64,000 nt of DNA, from contig NC_047069.1 of assembly GCF_902459465.1 (NCBI RefSeq), positions 15,748,001 to 15,812,000 on the forward strand, written 5' to 3'. The position numbers and the translations under genes were made by a program. The notes under the pieces are model-generated. The model was given only the letters and a program-made list of their open reading frames with translations, was not told the DNA's origin and did not search any database. This stretch comes from Asterias rubens (Eukaryota). Below, piece after piece: positions 35,786 through 46,935 of this stretch (positions are counted from its first letter, which is position 1; every line of letters starts with the position of its first letter).

Positions 35786-36721
35786 ATGAATACCTTTTGG
35801 AATGCTGAGAGATTGTTTGAGACTGTTGCCACGCCGGATGCTGCAATTGCGTTCTGCAAAGAACGTGGACTAATTGCCGACGCCCCCGATTGCCGGTACT
35901 GCCGCCACCCGTTGACATGGTCCGTGAAGACGGACCATGCCGACGGGTTCTCGTGGCGGTGCACACATCGGGGGTGCCGGAAGCGGTCTCGCAATTGCAG
36001 CATCCGTCATGGCAGCTGGTTTAGCGACAGCAAGATGTCACTGAAAAAAATCCTCAAGCTCACCTACTACTGGGCGGCACGAGCGACAACCTCTGCGGCA
36101 ATTAGAGAAACATCAGTCCACGAAGGTGAACAAACCAGTAGTAAAACTGTCGTGGACTGGTTCACTTTTTGCCGCGAGGTTTGTCTTCGTGCCGTCGAGG
36201 AACGGTGCAGCAAGGGGATTGGTGGGCCGGGCATGACGGTCGAAATCGACGAGTCAAAATTCGGTCGCCGGAAATACAACCGAGGTCGTTTGGTTGAGGG
36301 TAAGTGGGTGTTAGGCGGCATTTGCCGTGAGACAAAGGAAATTTTCCTGATTGAGGTGCCAAAGCGGGATTCAGCGACCCTTATTCCTTTAATTAAGGAA
36401 TATGTGGCCGCTGGATCCACAATCATATCGGACTGTTGGAAAGCATATGATTGCCTCAGTCAGGAAAATTTTACTCATCTCACGGTAAATCACTCCTTAA
36501 ATTTCGTTGATCCTACCACTGGCGCTCATACTCAAAATATTGAGTGCCAGTGGTGGCAGATCAAGAGGAGTCTGCCGAGCACCCACGCTACCAGCTCTAC
36601 CGACGGCTTCGGTTTCCGGTTGGCTGAATACATGTGGCGCCGTCAGAATGCCCTGGTCGACCACTTCGACCAAATCCTCAGTGACATCTTGCTGTTGTAT
36701 AAACCACCGAAACGTTTTTGA
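35786..36721 (+). CDS. IS1595/ISXO2-type (Merlin) DDE transposase, intact intronless 311 aa
   Basis: N-terminal CRYC...WRC...C zinc ribbon; VEIDESKFGRRKYNRGR, TIISDCWKAY, TVNHS..FVDP.TGAHTQNIE motifs; TATA-like ctatataagg at about 35728; AATAAA at 36791-36796. Confidence 0.93.
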   Translation: MNTFWNAERLFETVATPDAAIAFCKERGLIADAPDCRYCRHPLTWSVKTDHADGFSWRCTHRGCRKRSRNCSIRHGSWFSDSKMSLKKILKLTYYWAARATTSAAIRETSVHEGEQTSSKTVVDWFTFCREVCLRAVEERCSKGIGGPGMTVEIDESKFGRRKYNRGRLVEGKWVLGGICRETKEIFLIEVPKRDSATLIPLIKEYVAAGSTIISDCWKAYDCLSQENFTHLTVNHSLNFVDPTTGAHTQNIECQWWQIKRSLPSTHATSSTDGFGFRLAEYMWRRQNALVDHFDQILSDILLLYKPPKRF

Positions 36722-38211
36722 ATTGGCCCGTCCCCGACAACTCTCACGACTACCCTACTTTAAGGCACTGCTCCGCAGAAACGCCAGACAAATAAATCCA
36801 AAGATAGAATCATAGTTAACCAACCAACACATTACCGTTTATTAATTTAAATAACTTCCAAGAAAATTGTCCCTTACAAATATTCGATTAATAATGCAAC
36901 ATGATCCCTTACCTAAAACATACTCAAAAGCAACTGGTGACCCCAAGTTCAAATAAGGCAAAATGTCCATATCATCCAACTGCAATTTAAAGGGATTATT
37001 ATACATTACATGGATGTTGGACTTCATTTCCCCTTATTTTTGCTGGGTGGCTAAAATAAGATATACCCCCGCCGTACATGCCCGTAGACTAGGTCAACCT
37101 GCTTATTATGCAATGACGGTCATTGTATTGAAACCATAACAGCCTATTCTTATAACATAACATTACCTTCATAAACGCACGTGGTTATTTTGTGGTTTGT
37201 TTGAATTTCCCTCCGTCCTCCCTCCCTCCCCTCCTCCCTTCCCAAAATAATTTCAGTGTACCCATTTCGGAAATGAATCAGTCCTAGCGATTTTTTCCAT
37301 TGCGCATGGACGCTGACCGACTGATTGGAGCGTTGAACAACAACACTCACACACACAAACAACATAAACATGGCGGAGTTCGATGTCACTGGGAGTCGAA
37401 AACGGCCCAATTTTGACCTTTGTTTACAAACTGTTACGTTTTTTTTCTCTCTTTTTTTTCTGGATGTATATATGCGTTAACCCTTCTTCTCAGGTAAGAA
37501 AAAAATTCAGTGGTTTTGGAGTTAATTAACGGCGGATAAATTGGTGGCGACGACCGGAAGATTACCCAGGATGGATCTCTCACGCCAATAACGAGTCTGC
37601 TTTTTTTCTGATTCTTTTTATAAAGTTTTAATTTTGTTAATGCAAATCTCTTTTCTTTTCTTTTTAAATCTCGCCAAAATTAGGCCCTATGTATGTGACC
37701 ATTTTATTTTTTAGCGGTGGACACTTTATGATATGACACCGGTGTCAAAGAGGTCCTAAGGAATTTTGTCCGCTGGAGATTTAGTTACCATATTAGGAAA
37801 TTAGGGAGCTTTCGATTCGGGACAGGAGGAGGGAGGGAACTGTAAGGGAGCGGAAAAATCGACTTCCCACAATGTTTACTGATCTGAGCATGGCCATTTT
37901 GGATTGACCCGGATCATGCATATATTAAATCATCACGACCTCTTTGGTTGGCCCTATGTTGGCCAATAAGGGGCTTCCAATGCAATGGTCACTTTATGTA
38001 TCTGCTCCACCGACATCCCGGCCAAAGTTCGAAAGTTTACAAACTCTATTATTTCCTTGAATCCTTGAAGATTTCATTTTAGAACATAGGCCTAAATATG
38101 AAAACCTAACATTTGTCTTACTTTCTTAATTGAATTTTCAAGCGAAAAGCCATCAACTGTAAGGTGGATCACTATTGACGAGCCTTCCGGCTGCTGAATT
38201 GAAAGGTTGAA

Positions 38212-41200
38212 ATGAAAGACTCTGGGAGTGATGTGTCCCCATGTGGGAAGCAGAAGGTTGTCAACATCGCCCGTGTGTCTGCTCCCACTAAGGAAGAGTT
38301 CCTTAACAACTACTTCCAGAAAGGTACAAACATGTTAATAAATAAAGTGGCCTTGAAATAACCCGTGGTACTCATTAACTTAGCACCCACAGCCATTGCA
38401 GTGGTGCTCTGTGCTTTTTGTGTGGGGCCCTGTGCAAGGTTCCTGTACACATTTTCATTTATCATATATAGCAGTGCCCCTTACCAGAGGAAAATTGCTG
38501 TGCCGCCTCAAAAGTGAAGGTTCATGGCCTTGAGGATGATCTGAAAATACTTCACAAATCTTTTCTCTTGAAATCTGAACCATGATTTACCAACGTTATT
38601 TTTTTAAAAAAGAGTTTGCTGTTTAGTTCAGCTGAAAGTGTGACAAAGTTCTTCCCTATTTTTTAATTTCTTTCTCCAATAACAAAAAACAGGCCTAGAA
38701 TCACACAGAGGCTACTGTGCTGTTGCCCCGTTTTCTTGGCCTCGATGCATATTCATAAAGTTCGAATAGACCTTACAGGCAATACACTTTTTGTACATTA
38801 GTCTGATTTTCGCTTCTTCTAGTGTTCTAAAGCTTTGTACATGTAGGTCAGCCCTTCTACTCTTTAAAATCTTCCTTCTTTTTTCCCAAGGGCTTAATAT
38901 TATGCCTGACCTTAACATTTTTCAATAGAAAAGGCTTGGCTCGGCTTGGTCATATCAAGCGGGTTGTTTGGGTACCACGATGGATGCCTCTGCTTTCGGG
39001 GATCGCCACAGGTCTTTGACCTCTGTCCTACGTGCAGGACAGCAATGTTTCGACCTGTCCAGACTCGGATGCCAGACCAGGACTTCCTTTGTCCTCCTCT
39101 CCCTCACTTGCCCCTTAAATGAAAAGACTCTGTTCTTTCTCAAAGGCGAACTTCCTGGCCTAAAAATGTTTATCACATGTTTTGTGCTTGATAGATACTC
39201 CAGTGATAATCACTGATGTTGCGAGCAGTTGGCCAGCGGCGTCCTGGAGCCTTGAGTCTATCAAAGAGAGAGCTGGTCATAATAAAGCTTTCATCAGACA
39301 GAACACCAGTAAACAGGATTATAAGGTAAAAGACAATAAGCCATTTGCAAGTTAGATTTTAATACTGTCCGGTACAATGACTTGATTAGTTAGTTACAAT
39401 GCAACGCTTACATTTGAATACCTCAGACTATCGAGATAGTTGCTACGCCACGTGATTAGGGGCAAGCTTTTGCGTAGTTACGTAAGAGACGTTGAACACC
39501 CATACACGATTCTGAATGGATGTGTATGACACAATGGTACCAGGGTTTGCTCATCCTGGAGGTTGCTATACAAAAGCTTGCCCCGAATCATGTTACCATG
39601 TGTATGGCACAATGGTACTAGGGTTTACTCATCCTGGAGTTTGCTATACAAAAGCTAGCCCCTAATCACGTGGCGTAGCAACTGTCTCGATAGTCTGAGG
39701 ATTTCAAATGTAAGCGTTGCATTGTAACCAAGCGAGTCATTGTACCAGACATTATTCAAATCTGACTCGCAACTGGCTTAGTATTATAAATGGTTTATTG
39801 CTTTAATTGCAACGGGAATAATGGTCAAGTGTCTTGTTTGAGGACACAAGTGTCATGACTTGGGCTCAAACCCACACTTGCTGAACAGAAACACGAGAGC
39901 TTGAGTCAAAGCTTGGGCGATATCACGATATTATCGAATATCGCGATATTAATTTGGAAACGATTTCGATATCGGATGGATTTGGTTTTAATCGAAATAT
40001 CGATATATCACGATATATCGCGATATCGATTAAAAATCGCGATGTATTTGCTAGCTGAGACATCTTGCACCCCATAGGTTTGGAGTAAAACCAGAAGAAT
40101 AGGTCATTAGAACACCTCTCTTATGCTATGACTGTCTCTTCTACAACTTTCACTTGGAGTTTGAAGACTGATGATGTCAAATTTAATTAATCGCGATTAT
40201 ATCGAATATCGCGATATAATGTCGGCGATATATCGTGAATAAAATAAATCGATATCGCCCAAGCTTACTTGAGTCTGGTACTCTTATCTGCTCGACCATG
40301 ACACCCCTTAATAAATGTTTTTTTTTTTTGTTAAAACAAAATGGGCATTTCTGTTATTTTTTCCCCCCATTCCCATGAAGAATTTAACTCACCTATAGGT
40401 AAAGAATTTCAGAAAACCTATCAAACTTTCACGCTGAGTTTGAGTTGGAACGACCTTGATAAAGGGCAAAAGTTTCAGCCCCTCAAAAAAATAGTAAAAT
40501 AAATAATATATGCCATGACTTTTTGTTATCAGCCCTCACTTATAATGGTTTTTATTAATGAATGATGTTTGATACAAGTCTTTAATTCAAATACAGATCG
40601 GCAAAGCATACAACATACGGGAGAGTTCATTGGGAGATTACATCAGTGATTTGGAAGTAGGTAACGCCCGATCTCGGAATTCCTACCTGGCTGTGCAGAA
40701 CATCAAGAGTACATTCCCAGAGCTGGAGGTTGTTCATTTATTCATTTTTCATTTTCTATTTAAAGACACTGGACACTATTGGTAATTGTCAAAGACCAGT
40801 CTTCTCACTTGGTGTATCTCATTATATGCATAAAGTGATAAACCTGTGAAAATTTGAGCTCAATTGGTCGTCGAAGAAAAAACATCCTTGTCACACAAAG
40901 TTGTGTGCTTTCAGATGCTTGATTTCGAGACCTCAAAATCTAATTCTGAGGTCTTGAAATCAAATTCGTGGAAAATTACTTCTTTCTCGAAAACTACATC
41001 CTTTCAGAGGGAGCCGTTTCTCACAATGTTTTATACTATCAACAGCTCTCCATTACTCGTTACCAAGTAAGGTTTATGCTAATAGTTATTTTGAGTAATT
41101 ACCAATAGTGTCCACTGCCTTTAAAGGGTTTGGTACCTTTTTTAGATCAACTTTTAGGCCAAGAAATAAATCCTTACTCACTGCATGAAGATGTATATAA

Positions 41201-44200
41201 TTATACTTTACCTGTATAAGTTTCAGCTTCATTAGTTTTCACTAGGTTTTTGAGAAAATAAGATTAAATCACCAAGCAATTTTGTTCAGGAGATTCGCGT
41301 TAAAAAAAGGTGTACATGCTCAAATAATGTTCGTCTCGAAAATCTTATAGTGAATATGCATGAAAGCAGATAATGCGCCTATAATTAAGGTCCAAATTAT
41401 AAATCACATACACCATGTCCATGACCAGATAACTTGTCGATCACTAGTCCATCACCTTTTTCACTGGTCAATATTTCAAATGAAATAGGGAGATTTTTCA
41501 ACACTTTAGTAGCCAGTCTGACCACTTTGAGTAAATTTTGACTGGTCCCCTCTGGTGTTTTAACTGTTGGCCAGCAGACCGGTGTTAAGAGAGATGGCTG
41601 AAATGTTGTACATGCCAGCTTCTGGGCCGGAAGTAGCCAAAACCTTGTGGGTACAGCGGATATGCGTGTATGTGACATATACTGACAACACTCAGAATTA
41701 GTAGTTGGTTGATCTACTCTAAGCAGACCCTCAAGTATGGCAGCTGGCCAAAAAGGCATGCCTCATAGAGCAACTGGTCCCCTATCTGTCTTGTTTGAGC
41801 TTGTCACAAGTATTACTGGGTGACTGCAGAAAACAAATCTAAAGAGTATTTGAAGGGGTTCACATCAAAATACAGTTGCAGTTGTAATTTACTGATAATG
41901 ACTGTTTGACCCCCTACCCACATTCTTTCCCCAGGATGACGTTCCAATGCCAGACTACATCGGCAAGATACACATGGGCCCTTACTTATGGATAGCAGTC
42001 AATGGACACTATGGTAAGACGTGGCCGAGATTTCACAGGTTAACCCTCCTACTGTATGACCATTTGATATCTGAGTGGTTTTGAATGATAGATTCACTAT
42101 GCCAGTCTGCAATAAGTTATCGTGTGGTGAATACATACATAATAATAACCAATTCTTATATAGCGCATTTCACAATAACCGTATCATTGCGCTTTACATT
42201 TGTGCCCTGGTCATAAGGCCAATAACATCCCTTTTTTAATGTTTCTCAGCTCCCTTGGGAGTATACAACCTAGGCAACAGTTTATATCGCTCCAAAGGAT
42301 TTTCATTCACAATATCAACCTCTACCCTCGCAGGTACCCATTTATTCCCCTGGGTGAAGAGAAGCAATTATAGTAAAGTATCTTGCTCAAGGAGACAAGT
42401 GTCACGACCGGGATTCGAACCCACACTCCGGTGAATTCGCACCAGAACTTGAATTCGATGCTCTTAACCACTCGGCCATGACACTCCACAAGTGTAGTGC
42501 TAAGTCAACCCTCCTGCTATCTGACCATTCAAAATCGTCCAAGTGTTTTTGAATGATAGATGCACTAGCTAGTCAAAATGTTGAGACCCACTAAGGACTC
42601 ACTCCGCGACAGTGAAGTAAATGCGAGAAGTCCCCTCCTACTTTCCGCCCAAGTAGTAGTTTTCAGAACTGAGAAGCCTCCCGAATTCCAAAAGTCTACT
42701 CTGCGTTAGTATAATTAGGACATCGAGGTGTTGATTTCCACGCAAATTTTTTTTTCCTGTAATTCTTCAAATTTTAACAAAGATAATCCTAATTTTTAGG
42801 ACTAGTCCTAGGAGTTGAAAAACTTAGGCTAGTTCTAAGTTAGGACGAGTAACTCGAGATAAGACTAGTCAACCTTTTGTGAAATCCACCCCAGAACGCC
42901 CCTATAAATAGACCAACATGTCTCACATTCTTGGTTCAATTATGAACTCAGTCTGCAGCAGTGAAGTTAAAGGCAGTGGACACTATTGGTAATTGTCAAA
43001 GACTCGCCTTCACAGTTGGTGTATCTCAACATATGCATAAAATAACAAACCTGTGAAAATTTGAGCTCATTCGGTCATCGAGATAATAATGAAAGAAAAA
43101 AACACCCTTGTCACACGAAGTTATGTGCGTTTAGATGGTTGATTTCGAGACCTCAAGTTCTAAACCTGAGGTCTCGAAATCAAATTCATGGAAAATTACT
43201 TCTTTCTTGAAAACTATGGCACTTCCGAGGGAGCCGTTTCTCACAATGTTTTATACCATCAACCTCTTCCCATTACCCGTCACCAAGAAAGGTTTTATGC
43301 TAGTTTTAGAACTAATAATTATTTTGAGTAATTACCAATAGTGTCCACTGCCTTTAAATAACAGGAAGTCCCCTTGATCCACTAAAATTATAATCTACAC
43401 AGTAACACTCATGTTGTTACTGCAAACCAAATAATGCATTATGTCTATTTGTGTTCAGAATATTGCCACTTTGATCCAGACGATGGACTCTTGGTAATCC
43501 TGACCGGGCACAAGAGAGTCCGTCTGTATGGGTGCAGCCCCGCTCCCCTCTACCCTAACCCATTGGGGTCAAAGGGGCGTACCATACAGGCCCAGGTCAA
43601 CTGTGATGAACCAGACCTGGAGGAGCATCCATGTTTTGAGGTGTCGACGTGTCACTGTGGAGAGGTCAACCCTGGAGAAATGTGAGTGAAATCTTGTGAC
43701 TTTGGGGTCGAACAAAGGTAACTTTTCTAGAGTGGGACTCGAACCAACGACCTCCGGATTTATGTACCGGTGCTCTACCAGCTGAGCCATCTAGCCCTAT
43801 GTTGACAGTCTCCCTTTTTTTGTCTAAACCTTTCCTTTGTGCACTGTGACGTTAACTACTGTTTATATGCCAATCGGCTATATTCCAATCCGACACTCTA
43901 GCCAACATTCGCAATATCGCATACACGTTTATTGTGTGCAATTCTTGTTTATCCAAATTAATATGTCCAACATACATTGTAGGTGGCTTGTTTACTCATT
44001 AATTTCAAAACATAGTATTATCAGATCAATTTACATTATTTATAAAATAAAACCCCTTGCACAATGCTGAATGCAAGGGGGGGGGGCTCTCAATTATTGT
44101 ATGAACATTTTGACTCTCAAAATGGGGTCCCCTTGTCAGTGCGCTGCACGTTGTAAAATGGGTCAACAACGCCATCTATGGGTTTTTGATACATGTCTTT

Positions 44201-46935
44201 ATTTCAGGTTATACATTCCTGCTTTCTGGTGGCATCAGGTGACATCCGTTGAAACATCCATTTCTGTGAACTTCTTCTTTGGTGATGCCGGTGAGAACAA
44301 CTTCATCACAAAAGCCATGGTAAGAAACAAACAATTCTATCTTTGATGTGGCATAAAGGAACGCGTTGCCTTTGGAGTCTACATGTACTTCTAAAACATC
44401 TTTCAAGCATATTCATTTTTATATTAATTTTGGTGATGTGCAGTAAGCTTGGGCGATATCACGATATTATCGAATATCGCGATATTAATTTGGAAACGAT
44501 TTGGATATCGGATGGATTTGGTTTTAATCGAAATATCGATATATCGCGATATATCATGATAATCGCGATATATCGCAATATCGATTAAATATCGCGATGT
44601 ATTTGCTAGCTGAGACATCTTGCACCCCATAGGTTTGGAGTAAAACCAGAAGAATAGGTCATTAGAACACCTCTCTTAAGCTATGACTGTCTCTTCTACA
44701 ACTGTCACTTGGAGTTTGAAGACTGATGATGTCAAATTTCATTAATCGCGATTATATCGAATATCGCGATATATTGTCGGCGATATATCGTGAATAAAAT
44801 AAATCGATATCGCCCAAGCTTAATGTGCAGTGAGTTTTGTCTCCGTCTTTTTTTTAATGTTTTTTATTTTATTGTGTACTTTGAAACTGCTTTATTGTAC
44901 CTAAGTTGCATTATTTTTTACAATATTATGGCGTTCATGCACCTTTTTTGTCAATAAGGCTTTGATTTCTATTTTGCTGGTTTTCACTAGTGGACTTTTT
45001 TTTTAAAAAACTATTTTTTACTATTATGCGCCCTCAAACAGGTTGGTCCTGGAGTAAGCTCAATATATTCAATAAATTATTACTAGTATTTATTTATAAC
45101 AAAAATACCTTTTATAGCCCAAAGTGCCCAACTCGAGGACAATAGGGACTTTTCGTTTTCAACGACGGATGGTTCTGCGACGGTAAAGATGACAATGTGT
45201 ATTTGGGGGTAATGTGCCTTTGATGTTGCACAGTCAGAGTATGTTATGGGAAATGTACTTGGCTAAGTATAGACGATGTGACCTCTGACGTCACACGAAA
45301 ACCATAACATGATTCGCGCGCATACCGCCGGGCAAAACCTTTGTGTTTTGGCAGCCAGCTAGAAAGTGTACGCAATCTTACTGTGACTGCGCAACTCAGT
45401 GCCCGGCGAAACATGACGTATAGAGTGTTTTGTCAACAGAGGGCGGTTTGAATGTAAACATAGGTCACATCGTCTATAGGGCTATAGATTTGAACTGTAG
45501 TTTTGAAAGTACAAATCTGCGATGGCCCTACAATCCAATATCTTTCTCATGTCATAGTCTGTCTGAGTGCCAAATGGCATGCTTGTATCCCCAAAGGTGC
45601 AGTCCCATCACTTTACTCATTACTGAATACCAAACACATTTTGTTTTCATTGTATCTCCAAAACCCAGTTTGAGTTTGAGTTATATTTAACACTGTCTTA
45701 ATAAACCCTCTTTTCGCCATTCTTTGGCCCGTTTCAGATGCTCTTCGCACAAGCTACTTATTGAAATAGGAAGATATATTGGGTTAGAGTCAAGCCAAAG
45801 AATTTGCCCGCATTGTCACCTTGATGTTGAAACGGAAATCCATTTTCTGCTAGATTGCCCAATATACAATGACCTTAGGAGTTGTTGGTTTATGTCATTA
45901 ATCAAGACAACAACTTTGAAATTCTTGGTAGGGAAGATAGATTCAAGTTTTTTTAAGGACCATCCTGATGAAGCTATAATTAATTAATTGCAAAATATGT
46001 CTTTTTATTTACTGTTTTCAAAGGAAATCTAACGGTGTGATTAGGCTTTACCAATATATGTTTTTGTTCTAAGTTAACACTCCATTCCGTATGACTTCTT
46101 CACTCATTGTTATTTATTATTATACTGATGTTACCCTCCCCAGGGTTATGGGGTCTGTTCCAGTTTTGGAACAAAGTGAAATACAATACAAAACAATGAT
46201 CTTATAGTTCTAAGCAAACTTCTATGTTCTACTCTTCTTTCTTTTTCACTTAAGAGCATCACAGAGTGGGATGCCTTCTCCCACTGGCTCTTCAACATCA
46301 TTGAGCAGAACTGGGGCAATGACACCCTTTTTTGTTTCACTCTTTAGACAATGCCATTACTCAATGTATCCCGAAAGTAACATCAAAACGACCTTCATTT
46401 TCTGTTCTTTTAAAAAAAAATTATTTTAAGAGCCTCTCAAAGTGGGATGCCTTCTCCCACTGGCTCCTCAACATCATTGAGCATAACCAGGGCTATGACG
46501 ACATTTTTTCGTTTCACTTTTTTACACTATGCCATTACTTGATGTCAAGTGCCTTTAAGTGCTACAACAACATTCCTTGTTTCAAAGTACTCATCTTAAG
46601 TTACATCAGAACTACCTTCATACTCTGTTTTTTTGTTCTTCTCTTTTTCTCTCAAGAGCATCACAAAGTGGGATGCCTTCTCCCACTGGCTCCTCAACAT
46701 CATTGAGCAGAACCGAAGCTTTGACAGCCTCCAATTAGTCCTCGCCCATCTCCCCGATTCCTTAGCCTCGTTCCTCTTCAAAGAATGGAAGGACAAAGCC
46801 TCCCGGGAACAGATCGAGATCCTCGTCCAACTCGTTATGGACTACCTCCAGTTGGACTCCTTACCCACGGATGAAGACAGGATGAGTAAAAATCCACCTC
46901 CGATTAAGATCAGGGGACTGCTGTGGAGGAAGTAG
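38212..46935 (+). CDS. JmjC/cupin-like Fe(II)/2-oxoglutarate oxygenase (JMJD5/TYW5/HSPBAP1-like small JmjC), 355 aa
   Basis: Exons 38212-38323, 39195-39325 (PVIITDVASSWPA), 40597-40728, 41935-42013, 43459-43681 (YCHFDPDDGLLVILTGHKRVRLY), 44208-44319 (LYIPAFWWHQV), 46657-46935 (...KIRGLLWRK*). Phases are consistent and the HxD...H metal triad is present. Confidence 0.9.
39330..39808. mobile_element. Foldback element with long TIRs; a second, diverged copy is at about 59951-60262
   Basis: Core 80-bp arms 39393-39472 and 39649-39728 are about 90% complementary, with weaker complementarity outward. Confidence 0.8.
39908..40267 (+). mobile_element. hAT-like non-autonomous element, copy 1
   Basis: TIR (T/A)AAGCTTGGGCGATATC; 8-bp TSD CTTGAGTC (39900-39907 / 40268-40275); many ATCGCGAT subterminal motifs; inserted into a SINE. 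Confidence 0.88.
40760..41124 (+). mobile_element. Kolobok-like MITE family A
   Basis: TTAA-flanked copy about 30 nt after the JmjC exon 3 donor; its right TTAA is followed by AGGGTTTGGTACC, the start of another element. Confidence 0.85.
42139..42485 (-). mobile_element. Full-length tRNA-derived SINE; fragments at about 12588-12805, 27960-28050, 30110-30290 and 39830-40310
   Basis: Head gtcatggccgagtggttaag...ggttcgaatcc, central gtctccttgagcaagatac motif, tail ending in (TTA)n. Confidence 0.75.
42967..43357 (+). mobile_element. Kolobok-like MITE family A
   Basis: TTAA|AGGCAGTGGACACTATTGG...CCAATAGTGTCCACTGCCT|TTAA. Confidence 0.85.
43727..43797 (-). mobile_element. tRNA-derived SINE head (not a functional tRNA)
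   Basis: TGGCTCAGCTGG A-box and GGTTCGAGTCC B-box; D-arm pairs but the acceptor and T stems are broken. A different SINE family occurs at about 5215-5300, 7325-7400 and 9550-9665. Confidence 0.7.
44444..44822 (+). mobile_element. hAT-like non-autonomous element, copy 2
   Basis: Same TIR; 8-bp TSD ATGTGCAG (44436-44443 / 44823-44830); nearly identical to copy 1. Confidence 0.9.
45268..45478. mobile_element. MITE with a perfect 17-bp TIR
   Basis: TATAGACGATGTGACCT / AGGTCACATCGTCTATA; internal TGACGTCA. A similar small element with TATTGACCC ends lies at 3852-4013. Confidence 0.7.
45700..46000 (+). mobile_element. 3' fragment of a non-LTR retrotransposon ORF2 (L2/CR1-related, C-terminal CCHC region)
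   Basis: LARFRCSSHKLLIEIGRY...RICPHC...ETEIHFLLDCPIYNDLR motif in JmjC intron 6. Confidence 0.75.
46255..46715 (+). repeat. Triplicated acceptor plus first ~57 nt of the JmjC last exon
   Basis: aag|AGC(A/C)TC.CA.AGTGGGATGCCTTCTCCCACTGGCTC.TCAACATCATTGAGCA at 46255, 46431 and 46657. Confidence 0.9.

Larger units (their letters stand above)
35023..37555 (+). mobile_element. Merlin/IS1595-like DNA transposon (boundaries tentative)
   Basis: Inverted 13-bp match TCGTCGCCACCAA (35025-35037) / TTGGTGGCGACGA (37541-37553) brackets the transposase ORF; no clear target-site duplication found. Confidence 0.6.

Noticed and set aside
36067-36426. 119-aa minus-strand ORF and other ORFs overlapping the transposase
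   Set aside because: Antisense or alternative-frame shadows of the GC-rich transposase ORF.
34435-37391. Direct repeat ACATGGCGGAGTTCG at about 34435 and 37377 as LTR or element ends
   Set aside because: Flanks are unrelated beyond 15 nt; better explained as a YY1-like motif.
43727-43797. Functional tRNA gene
   Set aside because: Acceptor and T stems are mismatched and the anticodon loop is non-canonical; it fits a SINE head.
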